Shown one piece after another: positions 63,210-64,000 of a stretch of DNA of 64,000 bases (within the stretch, counting starts at the first letter, position 1; each line of letters begins with the position of its first letter). A model generated the notes under the pieces. The model did no database searches. It had not been told where the DNA came from and saw nothing but the letters and a program-made list of their open reading frames with translations. The position numbers were made by a program, and so were the translations under genes. This DNA is from the human T2T-CHM13v2.0 reference genome, Homo sapiens. The stretch lies in the NCBI RefSeq assembly GCF_009914755.1, contig NC_060934.1. One strand, given 5' to 3'.

Positions 63210-63505
<296 letters not shown>

Positions 63506-63509
63506 AGGC

Positions 63510-63830
63510 ATATTTATTTTATCAAATTTAACATACATACTAAAAACTATGCAAATTGCAAGTGTATAGTTTGATGAAATTTTACAAAACAAATAGGATG
63601 TAGGTCAAGAAACAGAAGAGTATTAGATTCATAGAAACCCCATTTGTGCTCTCATCCAGTTACTCCTTCACAAAAGTAACTACTATCCTGACTTCTAGTA
63701 CCATACCTTGGCTTTGTCTAGTTTCTTTTACTTAGCATTATGTTGGTGAGATTCATTCATATTGTTGCATAGTTGTAGCTCACTCATTGCTCTATAATAT
63801 TATTTATTCATTCTACTGTTGGCAGACAGT
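63510..63830 (-). mobile_element. Old L1 (L1M) 3' fragment
   Basis: AGTAACTACTATCCTGACTTCTA, TGAGATTCATTCATATTGTTG. Confidence 0.6.
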
Positions 63831-64000
63831 TAAACATCATTTTGATCTTTTGCTGGACAGACTTGACCCAGACAACTGGCTTCTGGACTTTAAAGGAAAA
63901 TTTCTAAAAGTTGGCTTTGATGTGATGTTGTTGAGGAAGGATAATACCACCTAATCAAGGGACTTACATGAAGGGTACATTGTTATCTAAGAAGGAATTC

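Overview
Primate (most likely human, 10p11) genomic DNA covering the 5' end of EPC1 (Enhancer of polycomb homolog 1, NuA4/TIP60 subunit) on the minus strand. The CpG-island first coding exon (codons 1-51, 12054-11902) is unambiguous. The sequence also supports a distal alternative first exon ~31.5 kb upstream that contributes only an ATG (phase 0, so an N-terminally truncated EPC1), and a candidate terminal exon in intron 1 that would give a 61-aa N-terminus-only product. About 40 Alus, L1/L2/MIR fragments, DNA transposons, a four-element nested LTR cluster, a THE1 solo LTR, a tailless U6 retropseudogene, a 17/34-bp minisatellite and a perfect 31-bp-arm palindrome are present. The most striking unexplained signal is a chain of about nine plus-strand, splice-site-bounded, non-repeat segments (22.2-41.0 kb). 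Their decayed reading frames repeatedly give ankyrin-repeat-like motifs and end in two hydrophobic segments, a stop codon and AATAAA. I interpret this as a candidate dead (unitary pseudogene) ankyrin-repeat/transmembrane gene lying head-to-head with EPC1, inside the intron of its distal isoform. All calls were made by eye; repeat subfamily names and most repeat boundaries are approximate.
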